A stretch of 64,000 nt of DNA from Candidatus Hydrothermarchaeum profundi (GTDB lineage: Archaea > Hydrothermarchaeota > Hydrothermarchaeia > Hydrothermarchaeales > Hydrothermarchaeaceae). Each line of letters opens with the position of its first letter. Position 1 is the first letter of the stretch. Positions 27,094-36,230 of this stretch are shown here, piece after piece. The stretch covers positions 364,006 through 428,005 of the forward strand of contig MTMF02000009.1 of the NCBI GenBank assembly GCA_002011125.2, written 5' to 3'. The position numbers and the translations under genes are program-made. The notes under the pieces were generated by a model, which saw nothing but the letters and a program-made list of their open reading frames with translations, was not told the origin of the DNA and made no database searches.

Positions 27094-28374
27094 ATGTACA
27101 GGGGGAAGGCAAAGGAACTATTACAAGATATAAGCCCGGGGGATAGGATTAGAATTAAGAAAGGAAGTGCAACATATGAAGGCATTCTCATGCCTAGGAG
27201 CGAGCTGGGGGATGATCAACACATCGTAATTAAGCTGGACAATGGATATAATATCGGTATCGAAATCACAGGAGCCTCCATTGAAAGAATTGCTGAAAGA
27301 GAATCCACTAAAAAACCTAAGATAAAAGTTAAAAAAACTGTAGGAAAAGACAAAGTTACAATTCTTGGCACTGGAGGAACGATTGCCTCAAAAATAGACT
27401 ATAAGACAGGCGCAGTTCACCCTTCATTCTCTACAGAAGAGATAATAAACGCTATACCTGAGCTTGGAGATCTAGCTGAGCTAAAGACAAAGCTTCTTTT
27501 TAACATTCTTAGTGAAAACATGACCCCAGAATACTGGAAAAAAATTGCCGAAGAAGTCGCAAATGAGCTTAACTCTGGAGCGAGCGGCGTGGTAATTGCT
27601 CACGGCACAGATACACTGTCTTACACTTCTGCGGCTCTAAGCTTTATGCTTAAAAATCTCTATAAACCCGTGGTACTTGTGGGGTCTCAAAGATCGTCTG
27701 ATAGACCCTCATCAGATGCACATTTGAATCTAATATCGTCTGTGAAAGTAGCTTGTTCTGAAATCGGGGAAGTAGTTGTCGTGATGCACGAGTCCAGTAG
27801 TGATGTCTCCTGCCTTATCCACAGAGGTACTAGAGTTAGAAAGATGCATTCTTCTAGGAGAGATGCATTTAAAAGCATAAATTCTCGGCCTATCGGAAGA
27901 ATAAATGGAAAGCTAGAGATATTCCAGACCTTCAGGAAGAGGCGTGAAAAGGAGAAAGTAGAAGCTGATACGAGGCTAAATGAAAATATTGCTCTACTAA
28001 AAATATATCCTGGAATCTCAAGTGAAATACTCGATTATTATATTGATAAGTTCGATGGCTTAGTGCTAGAAGGCACAGGATTAGGTCATGCACCAGAATC
28101 TCTAATAAATTCTGTTGAGAGAGCCAAAGAGATTGGGAAACCTATAGTGATGACCACACAAACATTATACGGCAGGGTGGATATGAAAGTGTATTCTACT
28201 GGTAGAAAGCTTTTAGCTAGGGGAGTTATTCCTGGAGGAGATATGTTGCCAGAGGTTGCTTATGTAAAATTGATGCATGTACTCGGAGTTGCAGAAGACT
28301 TAAATGAAGTCAAAACACTGATGATCACCAATCTGGCTGGAGAATTATCCGAAAGAACTCTCTATTTTGCATAA
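27094..28374 (+). CDS. gatD: Glutamyl-tRNA(Gln) amidotransferase subunit D
   Basis: KLDNGYNIG, TGGTIAS, HGTDT and SQRSSDRPSSD motifs. Confidence 0.97.
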   Translation: MYRGKAKELLQDISPGDRIRIKKGSATYEGILMPRSELGDDQHIVIKLDNGYNIGIEITGASIERIAERESTKKPKIKVKKTVGKDKVTILGTGGTIASKIDYKTGAVHPSFSTEEIINAIPELGDLAELKTKLLFNILSENMTPEYWKKIAEEVANELNSGASGVVIAHGTDTLSYTSAALSFMLKNLYKPVVLVGSQRSSDRPSSDAHLNLISSVKVACSEIGEVVVVMHESSSDVSCLIHRGTRVRKMHSSRRDAFKSINSRPIGRINGKLEIFQTFRKRREKEKVEADTRLNENIALLKIYPGISSEILDYYIDKFDGLVLEGTGLGHAPESLINSVERAKEIGKPIVMTTQTLYGRVDMKVYSTGRKLLARGVIPGGDMLPEVAYVKLMHVLGVAEDLNEVKTLMITNLAGELSERTLYFA

Positions 28375-28411
28375 GAACTAATGGAAATAAAGGTTAAGTG
28401 ATAGAAAATAA

Positions 28412-28424
28412 TAAAGGTTATAAG
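28412..28424 (+). promoter_or_regulatory. Candidate BRE-TATA promoter for the downstream small RNA
   Basis: taaagg-TTATAAG, with the TATA-like box starting 22 nt before the GGGG that opens the hairpin. Confidence 0.45.
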
Positions 28425-28439
28425 TTCATATAATCCCCT

Positions 28440-28504
28440 GGGGCGGCTGTAAGACTCTCTTCTCCACCTCAAACTCTTTGTTTGTCCGTCTTACAGTCCC
28501 CTTT
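28440..28504 (+). ncRNA. Candidate structured small RNA with an anti-SD-like loop
   Basis: CTGTAAGAC (28447-28455) pairs perfectly with GTCTTACAG (28488-28496), extended by G-U and G/C pairs. There is an internal CAAAC/GTTTG mini-stem and a GC-richer island in an AT-rich spacer, with an upstream TATA-like box. Confidence 0.5.
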
Positions 28505-28684
28505 AATCTCTTATTATTTTTAAGGGAGAAATAAGTTAAAATGTGATAATTTTTAGGGTTGCAACATAGAACGCTGCCTAAACATAGTATTTTGCAAAAT
28601 CAAATAAAATAAGAATCAGTCTTATATACTACGAAACTAATTAAAACTCCGGGGAGAGATAATACTTATCGGGTGTAATGGAGC

Positions 28685-30589
28685 ATGAAAATAGGTTTTG
28701 AGATACATCAACAGCTTGATACAAACAAGTTGTTCTGCAACTGCCCCTCGGTCCTAAGAGAAGATAAGCCGGACATAGTTCTTAAACGTAGGCTTAGACC
28801 TACTCAAAGCGAACTCGGTGAAATAGACAAGGCTGCGCTACAAGAATTCTTAAAGGGGAAGGGATTCATTTACGAGGCTTACCAAGAGACAACATGCTTA
28901 GTCGAGATGGACGAAGAGCCTCCCCATATGCCTAACGAAGAGGCTATTTCAACGGCCCTTGAAGTGGCTCTTTTGCTAAATGCTAATCCAGTTGAAGAGA
29001 TTCATTTTATGAGAAAGCTCGTAATTGACGGATCTAATACGAGCGGATTTCAAAGAACTGCTATCATCGCTCAAAACGGGAAACTAGAAACCCCGGAAGG
29101 CGTAGTAGGAATTCCTATGATTTGCCTTGAAGAAGAAGCTGCAAGAAAAACCGGAGAAGAAGGAATGAATGTAATATTCCGGTTGGACAGATTAGGGATT
29201 CCTTTAGTAGAAATCACAACATCCCCTGATATTAGAACCCCGCAACAAGCCCGTGAAGTCGCTAAAAAAATCGGAGAACTCTTAAGAGCCACTGGAAAGG
29301 TAAAAAGGGGGATAGGAACTATAAGACAAGACATAAACATTTCTATTGAAGGCGGCGCTAGGGTGGAGATAAAAGGAGTCCAAGAATTGAATCAGATCCC
29401 TATAATAGTAGAAAACGAGGCAATGCGACAGCAAAGACTGATTAAAACCTCTGCAGAATTGAGGAAGAAAAATCCAAAGAGAGATCTTAGTTTTAAAATA
29501 GTAGATGTCACAAAAGTATTTTCCAATACTTCATCAAAGATTATCAACGCTCAACTTAATAGAGGAGGGAGAGTGTTAGCACTAAAGCTCAAAGGATTTA
29601 AGGGTACCATGGGAAGTCTCGCTTGCTCAACTCCGGGCAAAAAGAGTACAAATGAAGTGGCCCAAAAAAAACTTGGCCCTGAGTTTGCTCAATATGCCCG
29701 AGTAGTAGCTGGAGTAAAAGGCATATTTCACTCAGATGAGCTTCCCGGATATGGGATCTCGGAGGAAGAGGTTAGAAAGATCGAGGATATATTGAAATTA
29801 GAAGAAGATGATGGCTTCGTTTTAGTTGCAGAAAAGAAAGAGAAAGCAAAAAAAGCTTTAAAAGCGGTTTTTAAGCGGGCTAGAATGGCATTTGACGGAG
29901 TTCCTGAAGAAACTAGAGTTGCAAATCCTGATGGGACTACATCTTACATGAGGCCTCTTCCAGGCGCAGCAAGAATGTATCCTGAGACCGATATACCTCC
30001 CATTGTTGTGACAGAGAAGGTCTTAGAGAAGATTCGGTCAAGTCTTCCTGAACTGTATGAGGAGAAAATCCAAAGATACATTAGAGAGTACTCTTTAAGC
30101 GGGGAACTAGCTGCCCAAATGGTTAAATCTGATAGGAGTTTATTATTTGAGAAAATTATTGGTAAAACAACCGCCTCGCCCACAATAGTTGCAAACACGC
30201 TTTTAGGAACTATGAAAGACCTCAAAAGAGAAGGCATTGCCGTAGAAAATGTTACTGATGAACGATTAATTGAGATATTTAGTCTTGTAGCTGATAATAG
30301 AATAGCGAAGGAGGCTATACCCGAGATAATTATATTTTTATCACATCACCCCAATGCAACCCTAAACGAGGCAAGGGAAAGTCTTGGAATATCATCCTTC
30401 AAGGAAAATGAAATCGAGGAACTTATTGATAAAATAATAAAAGAAAAAGAGAGCTTCATAAAGGAACGTGGGCTTGCAGCAGAAAAACCTTTAATGGGCC
30501 TAATTATGAGTAAGGTTAGAGGAAAAATAGATGGAAAGACCGTAAACAAGATACTAAAGATGAAACTGGAAAATTTTTTAAACGCTTAA
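28685..30589 (+). CDS. gatE: Glutamyl-tRNA(Gln) amidotransferase subunit E
   Basis: GFEIHQQL..KLFC, DGSNTSGFQRT, LDRLGIPLVEI and RPLPGAARMYPETD motifs. Confidence 0.97.
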   Translation: MKIGFEIHQQLDTNKLFCNCPSVLREDKPDIVLKRRLRPTQSELGEIDKAALQEFLKGKGFIYEAYQETTCLVEMDEEPPHMPNEEAISTALEVALLLNANPVEEIHFMRKLVIDGSNTSGFQRTAIIAQNGKLETPEGVVGIPMICLEEEAARKTGEEGMNVIFRLDRLGIPLVEITTSPDIRTPQQAREVAKKIGELLRATGKVKRGIGTIRQDINISIEGGARVEIKGVQELNQIPIIVENEAMRQQRLIKTSAELRKKNPKRDLSFKIVDVTKVFSNTSSKIINAQLNRGGRVLALKLKGFKGTMGSLACSTPGKKSTNEVAQKKLGPEFAQYARVVAGVKGIFHSDELPGYGISEEEVRKIEDILKLEEDDGFVLVAEKKEKAKKALKAVFKRARMAFDGVPEETRVANPDGTTSYMRPLPGAARMYPETDIPPIVVTEKVLEKIRSSLPELYEEKIQRYIREYSLSGELAAQMVKSDRSLLFEKIIGKTTASPTIVANTLLGTMKDLKREGIAVENVTDERLIEIFSLVADNRIAKEAIPEIIIFLSHHPNATLNEARESLGISSFKENEIEELIDKIIKEKESFIKERGLAAEKPLMGLIMSKVRGKIDGKTVNKILKMKLENFLNA

Positions 30590-30599
30590 GGAAATTAAA

Positions 30600-32381
30600 A
30601 TGTGCGGAATAGTCGGTTATGTAGGGAATAAAAAAGCGTCTCCAATTTTACATGAGAATCTTAAACGCTTAGAGTACCGGGGATATGATTCATGTGGAAT
30701 AGCTACTATAGATGCTACAGTTATGGTTAAGAAAGGCGCTGGAATGATCGATGACGTTCACAAAAGACTTAATCTTACCTCACTTCCGGGAAGTATAGGT
30801 ATAGGTCACACTAGGTGGGCTACTCATGGCATGGTAACTGACGAAAATGCTCACCCCCATCTGGACTGCGAAGGTAAGATTGCAGTAGTCCACAATGGTA
30901 TTATCTCTAACCATATTGAATTACGTGAAAAACTCCTTAAAAACGGACATATCTTTAAATCAGATACAGATACCGAGTGCCTTTCCCACTTAATTGAAGA
31001 GAAATACTCTGGGAACCTAGAAGAAGCTGTTAGAAAAGCCCTAAAGGAGGTTAAAGGAACCTACGCTATAATAGCTATATCTCAACACGAGCCTAATAAG
31101 ATGGTCTGCGCTAAAAATGAAAGTCCACTCATAATAGGCTTAGGGGATAATGAGATATTTGTAGGCTCTGATATTGCCTCGTTCCTCAACCATACAAAGA
31201 GAGCTATAATCTTAGATGACGGAGAATGTGCTACAATAACAAGAGACAGGCTTAGAATCTACAAAATAGCTTCTGGAACGCCCATAAAAAAAGAATCGTT
31301 CAAGATTAGTTGGAGCATCAGTGACGCGGAAAAAGAAGGTTATTCTCATTTTATGTTAAAGGAGATAATGGAACAGCCTAGAACTATAGTTAGCGCATTA
31401 AATGTTTACCCTGATGAGATTAATAAACTCGCTGAAATGATAAAGGAAGCAGATCGTGTGTTAATAGCAGCTGCCGGCACAAGCCTACATGCTGCTATGG
31501 TATCTGAATACTGGTTTTCACAGCTCTGTGACAAATTCGTAGTGGCAATGGATTCCTCCGAACTTGTTAATAAAGGAGTGATAGATGGAAAAACCTTAGT
31601 GATAGGAATTACCCAGTCAGGAGAAACATATGATACCCTAGCTGCCATGAGATATGCCAAGAGAAAAGGTGCAAAGACAGCTGCAATAGTAAACGTGATA
31701 GGATCAACTGCAACGAGGATCGCTGACCATGTGATATTACAGGGCTCCGGAATAGAGATATCAGTCTGCGCTACTAAGACCTTTACTAGCCAATTAGTAG
31801 TGTTGCTAAGGACTGCTATAGCCCTTGGAAGGACTCTTGGAAAAGATACAGCTAATTTAGAGGAAGAACTTAATAATCTACCTGTTATCGTTAAACAAGT
31901 ACTGGATAAAAAAGAAGCTATCAAAAACATAGCGGATGAGTACTTTACAAAGAAAAACTATATTTATATAGGTAAGGGGATAAATCTGCCAAGCGCATTA
32001 GAAGGTGCTCTCAAGTTAAAGGAGATAACTTATTTTCATGCTGAAGGAATGAGTGGAGGAATGCTTAAACATGGTACGATTTCTCTCATTGACGATGAAT
32101 TTTTAACTGTCGCTATTGCTCCACTGAGGAGCGACAACCGTGCTAAAATTAAGAGCAATATTCAAGAAGTAAAGGCTAGAGGAGGAAAAGTCGTTTGCAT
32201 AGCTGTTGGAAGACCCATTACCATCTGTGATGCCAATATCACTACTTCGGCTTGTAGCGAGGCTTTATCTCCTATATTAGTAGCCCCGGTATACCAGCTC
32301 CTCGCCTTCTATACAGCTGTTAAATTTGGGAGAAATGTCGATAAACCTCGAGCTTTAGCTAAATCAGTTACGGTGGAATAA
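30600..32381 (+). CDS. glmS: Glutamine--fructose-6-phosphate aminotransferase
   Basis: MCGIVG, LEYRGYDS, GHTRWATHG, QSGET and C-terminal PRALAKSVTVE motifs. Confidence 0.97.
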   Translation: MCGIVGYVGNKKASPILHENLKRLEYRGYDSCGIATIDATVMVKKGAGMIDDVHKRLNLTSLPGSIGIGHTRWATHGMVTDENAHPHLDCEGKIAVVHNGIISNHIELREKLLKNGHIFKSDTDTECLSHLIEEKYSGNLEEAVRKALKEVKGTYAIIAISQHEPNKMVCAKNESPLIIGLGDNEIFVGSDIASFLNHTKRAIILDDGECATITRDRLRIYKIASGTPIKKESFKISWSISDAEKEGYSHFMLKEIMEQPRTIVSALNVYPDEINKLAEMIKEADRVLIAAAGTSLHAAMVSEYWFSQLCDKFVVAMDSSELVNKGVIDGKTLVIGITQSGETYDTLAAMRYAKRKGAKTAAIVNVIGSTATRIADHVILQGSGIEISVCATKTFTSQLVVLLRTAIALGRTLGKDTANLEEELNNLPVIVKQVLDKKEAIKNIADEYFTKKNYIYIGKGINLPSALEGALKLKEITYFHAEGMSGGMLKHGTISLIDDEFLTVAIAPLRSDNRAKIKSNIQEVKARGGKVVCIAVGRPITICDANITTSACSEALSPILVAPVYQLLAFYTAVKFGRNVDKPRALAKSVTVE

Positions 32382-32516
32382 GATATTTTATTCATTAAAA
32401 ACTAAGACAGTTTTAATAAAAGATTTTCTCTATCGCTAAAGAAATTATAGAAATATCTTTTTTGTAAAAGTATTTATAGTAGGTAGGAGAATATTTTTTT
32501 ATGTGGGGGTTTTCCA

Positions 32517-32909
32517 ATGGAGGCGCAAAGGGCATCTACAGACAAAGAGTTTGGTTTATATAAGATTTCAATAGAAGACTTACCAGAAGGCTGGAATCCT
32601 TCAGCTAATGCGATTTTAAACGGTACTAAAGAGAATCAGCTTAAAAGTTACTCTAAAATATTTAGGCTACTTCCTCCTCTCTCTCCTAAATTTCTATCCA
32701 AAGACGGCGATAAGAATTACTATTCTATATACGCCAGCGTCGAAATAGAAAAGCAGGAAGACGTTTATTCAATCAAATGTAAACTAGAAAAGCTCGGAGT
32801 ACAGGGGGATATTCTCGGACCTCTTTTCGAGGTAGCTACTCAAGCCGAAACTCTTGAAAGTGCGAACTATATTGCCCTCAGATTTATGAAGGCTGTCAAT
32901 CAAATATAA
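32517..32909 (+). CDS. Hypothetical protein
   Basis: 130-aa ORF with a TATA-like element upstream (aaaagtatttatag, ~32466-32479); no recognised motif. Confidence 0.55.
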   Translation: MEAQRASTDKEFGLYKISIEDLPEGWNPSANAILNGTKENQLKSYSKIFRLLPPLSPKFLSKDGDKNYYSIYASVEIEKQEDVYSIKCKLEKLGVQGDILGPLFEVATQAETLESANYIALRFMKAVNQI

Positions 32910-32919
32910 GCTTCTCACA

Positions 32920-33228
32920 ATGCCTAAATTCATAGGTAAAAGAAACTTAATAAGGGCACAAATAATAGGATTAGAAGAATTCCCTATAGACGTAGAAAAA
33001 GCTCTGTTAAGATCATTTATCAAAAAAATAGAAGAACATCTTGAAAAAAATTATATCACGGAGAAGACATACATAGAACTTAGAAGTGACTGCGAGATTA
33101 AACTTGCTCTTCTTGAAATGGGAATCAGAACTAAGAAAATAAACTGTCCAGAATGCGGGAAAAAAACTATTGCGATAATTAATCCTACTGGAATTGCTTT
33201 GTTCTCATGTAATAATAAAGCATTTTAA
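32920..33228 (+). CDS. Hypothetical protein with a C-terminal CPECG Zn-knuckle
   Basis: CPECGK...FSCNN; 10 bp downstream of the previous ORF. Confidence 0.55.
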   Translation: MPKFIGKRNLIRAQIIGLEEFPIDVEKALLRSFIKKIEEHLEKNYITEKTYIELRSDCEIKLALLEMGIRTKKINCPECGKKTIAIINPTGIALFSCNNKAF

Positions 33229-33271
33229 CTTCTTCTGGAAAGCCCGTATACGAAAGCATAGGGTAGTTTCT

Positions 33272-33898
33272 TTAGAGAATTCTGACTTCTATATCTGGAT
33301 CTTTAATTAAACTTTTAAACTCTTCAGGATTAGCCGTTGTTTCTTTAAGGTAGTTATAATGCATCGGTATAACTATCCTAGGCTTTATGGCCATAGCAGC
33401 TTCGGCAGCTTCTTTAATGTTCATTGTATACGTCCCACCTATGGGGAGGAGTGCGACATCGGCCTCAATGTCCTTCATCTCAGGGATAAAATCCGTATCT
33501 CCTGCATGATAAATTCTTAAATTATTGACCTTAAAGACATATCCTACACCAGAGTTTTTGCTATGAAATGGCTTTGAAATATTGTAAGAATCTACAGCCT
33601 TAATTTCAACTCCTTTAATAGATACCGAATCACCCGGCATTACCGTAGTGAGATTCCCCTTAACCTTTCCTTTACAGGCCGGTGGAGAAACAATTACTGT
33701 ATCATCTTTTTTCAACTTCTCAATATTTCCAACATCACAATGATCGTAGTGCTCATGCGTAACTAGGATTATATCCGCTTTTTCGCTATCATCGTTTAGA
33801 ACATATGGATCCACAAATATAACGGAATTCCCTTTTATCTTAAAACTCGCATGACCTAACCAACTTATCGTTACATTATCAACCTCTGTAACGCCCAA
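33272..33898 (-). CDS. MBL-fold metallo-hydrolase (UPF0173/UlaG-like)
   Basis: WLGHAS, THEHYDH, YHAGDT, LPIGG.YTM and PMHY motifs; SD GGAGGTG. Confidence 0.9.
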   Translation of the reverse strand: MGVTEVDNVTISWLGHASFKIKGNSVIFVDPYVLNDDSEKADIILVTHEHYDHCDVGNIEKLKKDDTVIVSPPACKGKVKGNLTTVMPGDSVSIKGVEIKAVDSYNISKPFHSKNSGVGYVFKVNNLRIYHAGDTDFIPEMKDIEADVALLPIGGTYTMNIKEAAEAAMAIKPRIVIPMHYNYLKETTANPEEFKSLIKDPDIEVRIL

Positions 33899-34037
33899 TT
33901 TACCACCTCCTAACCAATATTGTCAAGTCTCTTACTTTACTTAGATAATTATGATGCATAGCTTGAGAAACATAAGCGAATTATAAAACCCATACACTCC
34001 TTGTTAAATCTATAGTTTCAAAAGTTAAAAAAACTTT

Positions 34038-35024
34038 CTAACCAAATACTACTCTCTCATGTAACTCTGCAGATCTCCTCGCACCAAGAGCTACTTCTAA
34101 AGCGATTTTACCATCTCTAGCAGTACACATATGTGGTGTATTATGAACTATAGCCTCCAAAAAGTGTTCAACCTCATCACTTATCCACATACCCGGAGCA
34201 CGTAAAAGATCAGGTATTACTGCTTTCTCCTCCGTATATATCTGGAGGGGTAAACTAGTGGTAGTATCTACCGTCAAAATACCTTTAGTGCCAAATATCC
34301 TAAGCCCTACATCCAAAGGGCTTGGAAATGATTTTGGCAGAAATCTCGAAATATCTATTGAAGCAAAACTATTGTTCTTGAACTTAAGTAACATAATTGC
34401 GGAATCCTCGCTCTTAGCATTCAAATATACGAAGTTACCTGATCTACATTCTACCATCCTCACTTCAGACTCCATAAGCCACCTCAGAAGATCTATCATA
34501 AATATCCCTAAGTCAACGATAAGGCCGCCACTTTTATCTACCTCCCATATCCAGCCTTTCTTTGATGAGGCTCTATGCATCCACCTACCATGCGCCATAT
34601 AAGGCCGGCCTATCTGAGCTATTCTTTCCTTAGCGGCTTTGAATCCAACATGAAATCTCTCTGAAAAACCGACCATAAGCCTAGCATTACCTTCTTCAGA
34701 CAATCGAACTAGTTCTTCAGCCTCATTTAAATCCAGCGTTATTGGCTTTTCCACAAGGACATGGATTTCTTTTTCTAATGCCTCTTTAGCCATTTCGTAG
34801 TGAAGATAGGGTGGAGTTGCTATACTAACTATTTGAACACCTGTATCTAAAAGCTCGTGATAGTCCGTGGTATGGGAGACTTCAAATTTCTCTCCAAGCC
34901 TTCGTGCATTGTCCTCTGCGATATCAGCGACTCCAACTAATTCTGCGTGTGTTGCTCCAGTGTAAGCTTGAGCATGCATTAATCCAACCCAGCCTGCACC
35001 TATTACCCCTGCCTTTAGCTTCAT
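34038..35024 (-). CDS. Gfo/Idh/MocA family oxidoreductase (catalytic His position occupied by Phe)
   Basis: GVIGAGWVG, ATPP..H, VEKP and GGLIVDLGIFMID motifs. Confidence 0.88.
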   Translation of the reverse strand: MKLKAGVIGAGWVGLMHAQAYTGATHAELVGVADIAEDNARRLGEKFEVSHTTDYHELLDTGVQIVSIATPPYLHYEMAKEALEKEIHVLVEKPITLDLNEAEELVRLSEEGNARLMVGFSERFHVGFKAAKERIAQIGRPYMAHGRWMHRASSKKGWIWEVDKSGGLIVDLGIFMIDLLRWLMESEVRMVECRSGNFVYLNAKSEDSAIMLLKFKNNSFASIDISRFLPKSFPSPLDVGLRIFGTKGILTVDTTTSLPLQIYTEEKAVIPDLLRAPGMWISDEVEHFLEAIVHNTPHMCTARDGKIALEVALGARRSAELHERVVFG

Positions 35025-35281
35025 AATGATAGAGTCTATAGGCAAGTATTTCTAATTTTCCTCCTATCACATATAAATTAGAATTTAATAGTAGAGAAGG
35101 CTTCCTTAGATGGTAAAAATCAGGGCTATTATAAAATAAACACGTTTTAATAATCCTACTACCTTCTCAATATAAACATTTTTAAGGTCTCCATTAAATG
35201 AATCATTTTAATAAAAACAGGCTGTCTATTAGATAGTTTTTTAAATGAAATCATAATTTTTATACATCTGGAGTTGTATTT

Positions 35282-36193
35282 ATGGTAGATATTTCCACTA
35301 AAATTAGCGGAATAAAGCTTAAGACTCCATTAATGCTCGCATCAGGTATTTTAGGCACCGCCGGCACATCGCTCAAAAGGATAGCGGTTTTCGGAGGAGC
35401 TTCAGCCATAGTAACCAAATCCCTGGGAGTTGAACCTAGAAGCGGCCATAAAGGTCCAACCATTGTAAAGAGCATAGCAGGAGGCCTTATAAGTGCCATT
35501 GGCTTGGCTAATCCGGGATATGAAGCATTCAAAGAGGAGCTAGATATCGCTAAAGAAGGAGGAGTGCCCGTTATTGGAAGTGCATATGGATTTAGTTTCC
35601 GAGAGTATATAGAAGTAGCCCAAGCCCTTGAAAGCTATGGGGCCTCCGCAGTAGAACTCAATCTCTCCTATCCAAATGTAGGAAAAACTGGAGCATTCTA
35701 CGGTAAGCATACAGAACTTAGTTATGAGGTAGTAAAAGCTGTCAAGGAGAGCGTGAATATTCCTGTTTTTGCAAAATTAACAGCTAATGTATCAGATATC
35801 GTTAAGGTGGCTAAAGCATGCGAGGAAGCAGGAGTAGATGCAATCACTGCAATAACTTCTCTAGAGGCCATGAAAATAGATGTAAACACTGGAAGACCTG
35901 TGTTAGGCAACAAGGTAGGCGGCTTAAGTGGTCCGTGTATAAAACCTATAGCTCTACGATGCGTTTATGCAATCACCAAAGAAGTGGATGTACCTGTAAT
36001 AGGATGCGGAGGGATAACCACAGGCGAGGATGCCCTAGAGTTTATTATGGCAGGCGCCCAAGCATGTCAAATAGGAACCGGGATACTTACGAGAGGTATA
36101 ACTATATTTAAGAAAATTGCAAGAGAAATGGAAGAGATAATGGAAAAACAGGGCTACCGAAATCTAGATGAAATAAGAGGAATAGCTCACTAG
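35282..36193 (+). CDS. pyrD: Family 1B dihydroorotate dehydrogenase-like FMN enzyme with a substituted active site
   Basis: PLMLASG, TKS, AKL, GGLSG.IKP.A and GCGGI are conserved, but SCP is SYP, NAxGL is SAIGL and INT is ITS. Confidence 0.75.
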   Translation: MVDISTKISGIKLKTPLMLASGILGTAGTSLKRIAVFGGASAIVTKSLGVEPRSGHKGPTIVKSIAGGLISAIGLANPGYEAFKEELDIAKEGGVPVIGSAYGFSFREYIEVAQALESYGASAVELNLSYPNVGKTGAFYGKHTELSYEVVKAVKESVNIPVFAKLTANVSDIVKVAKACEEAGVDAITAITSLEAMKIDVNTGRPVLGNKVGGLSGPCIKPIALRCVYAITKEVDVPVIGCGGITTGEDALEFIMAGAQACQIGTGILTRGITIFKKIAREMEEIMEKQGYRNLDEIRGIAH

Positions 36194-36230
36194 TCGACTC
36201 CCCCTCTGTGATCAAGAAAGGTGAAGTAAC

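Noticed and set aside
28440-28504. tRNA, SECIS element or simple terminator
   Set aside because: There are no D/T arms or TTCRA, no GAA/A SECIS motif and no adjacent TGA-readthrough gene. The 32-nt structured loop and upstream TATA-like box do not fit a simple terminator.
32340-33270. Tn7-like insertion at the glmS 3' end (attTn7)
   Set aside because: There are no TGT...ACA ends, TnsB-site repeats, target duplication or tns genes after the glmS stop.
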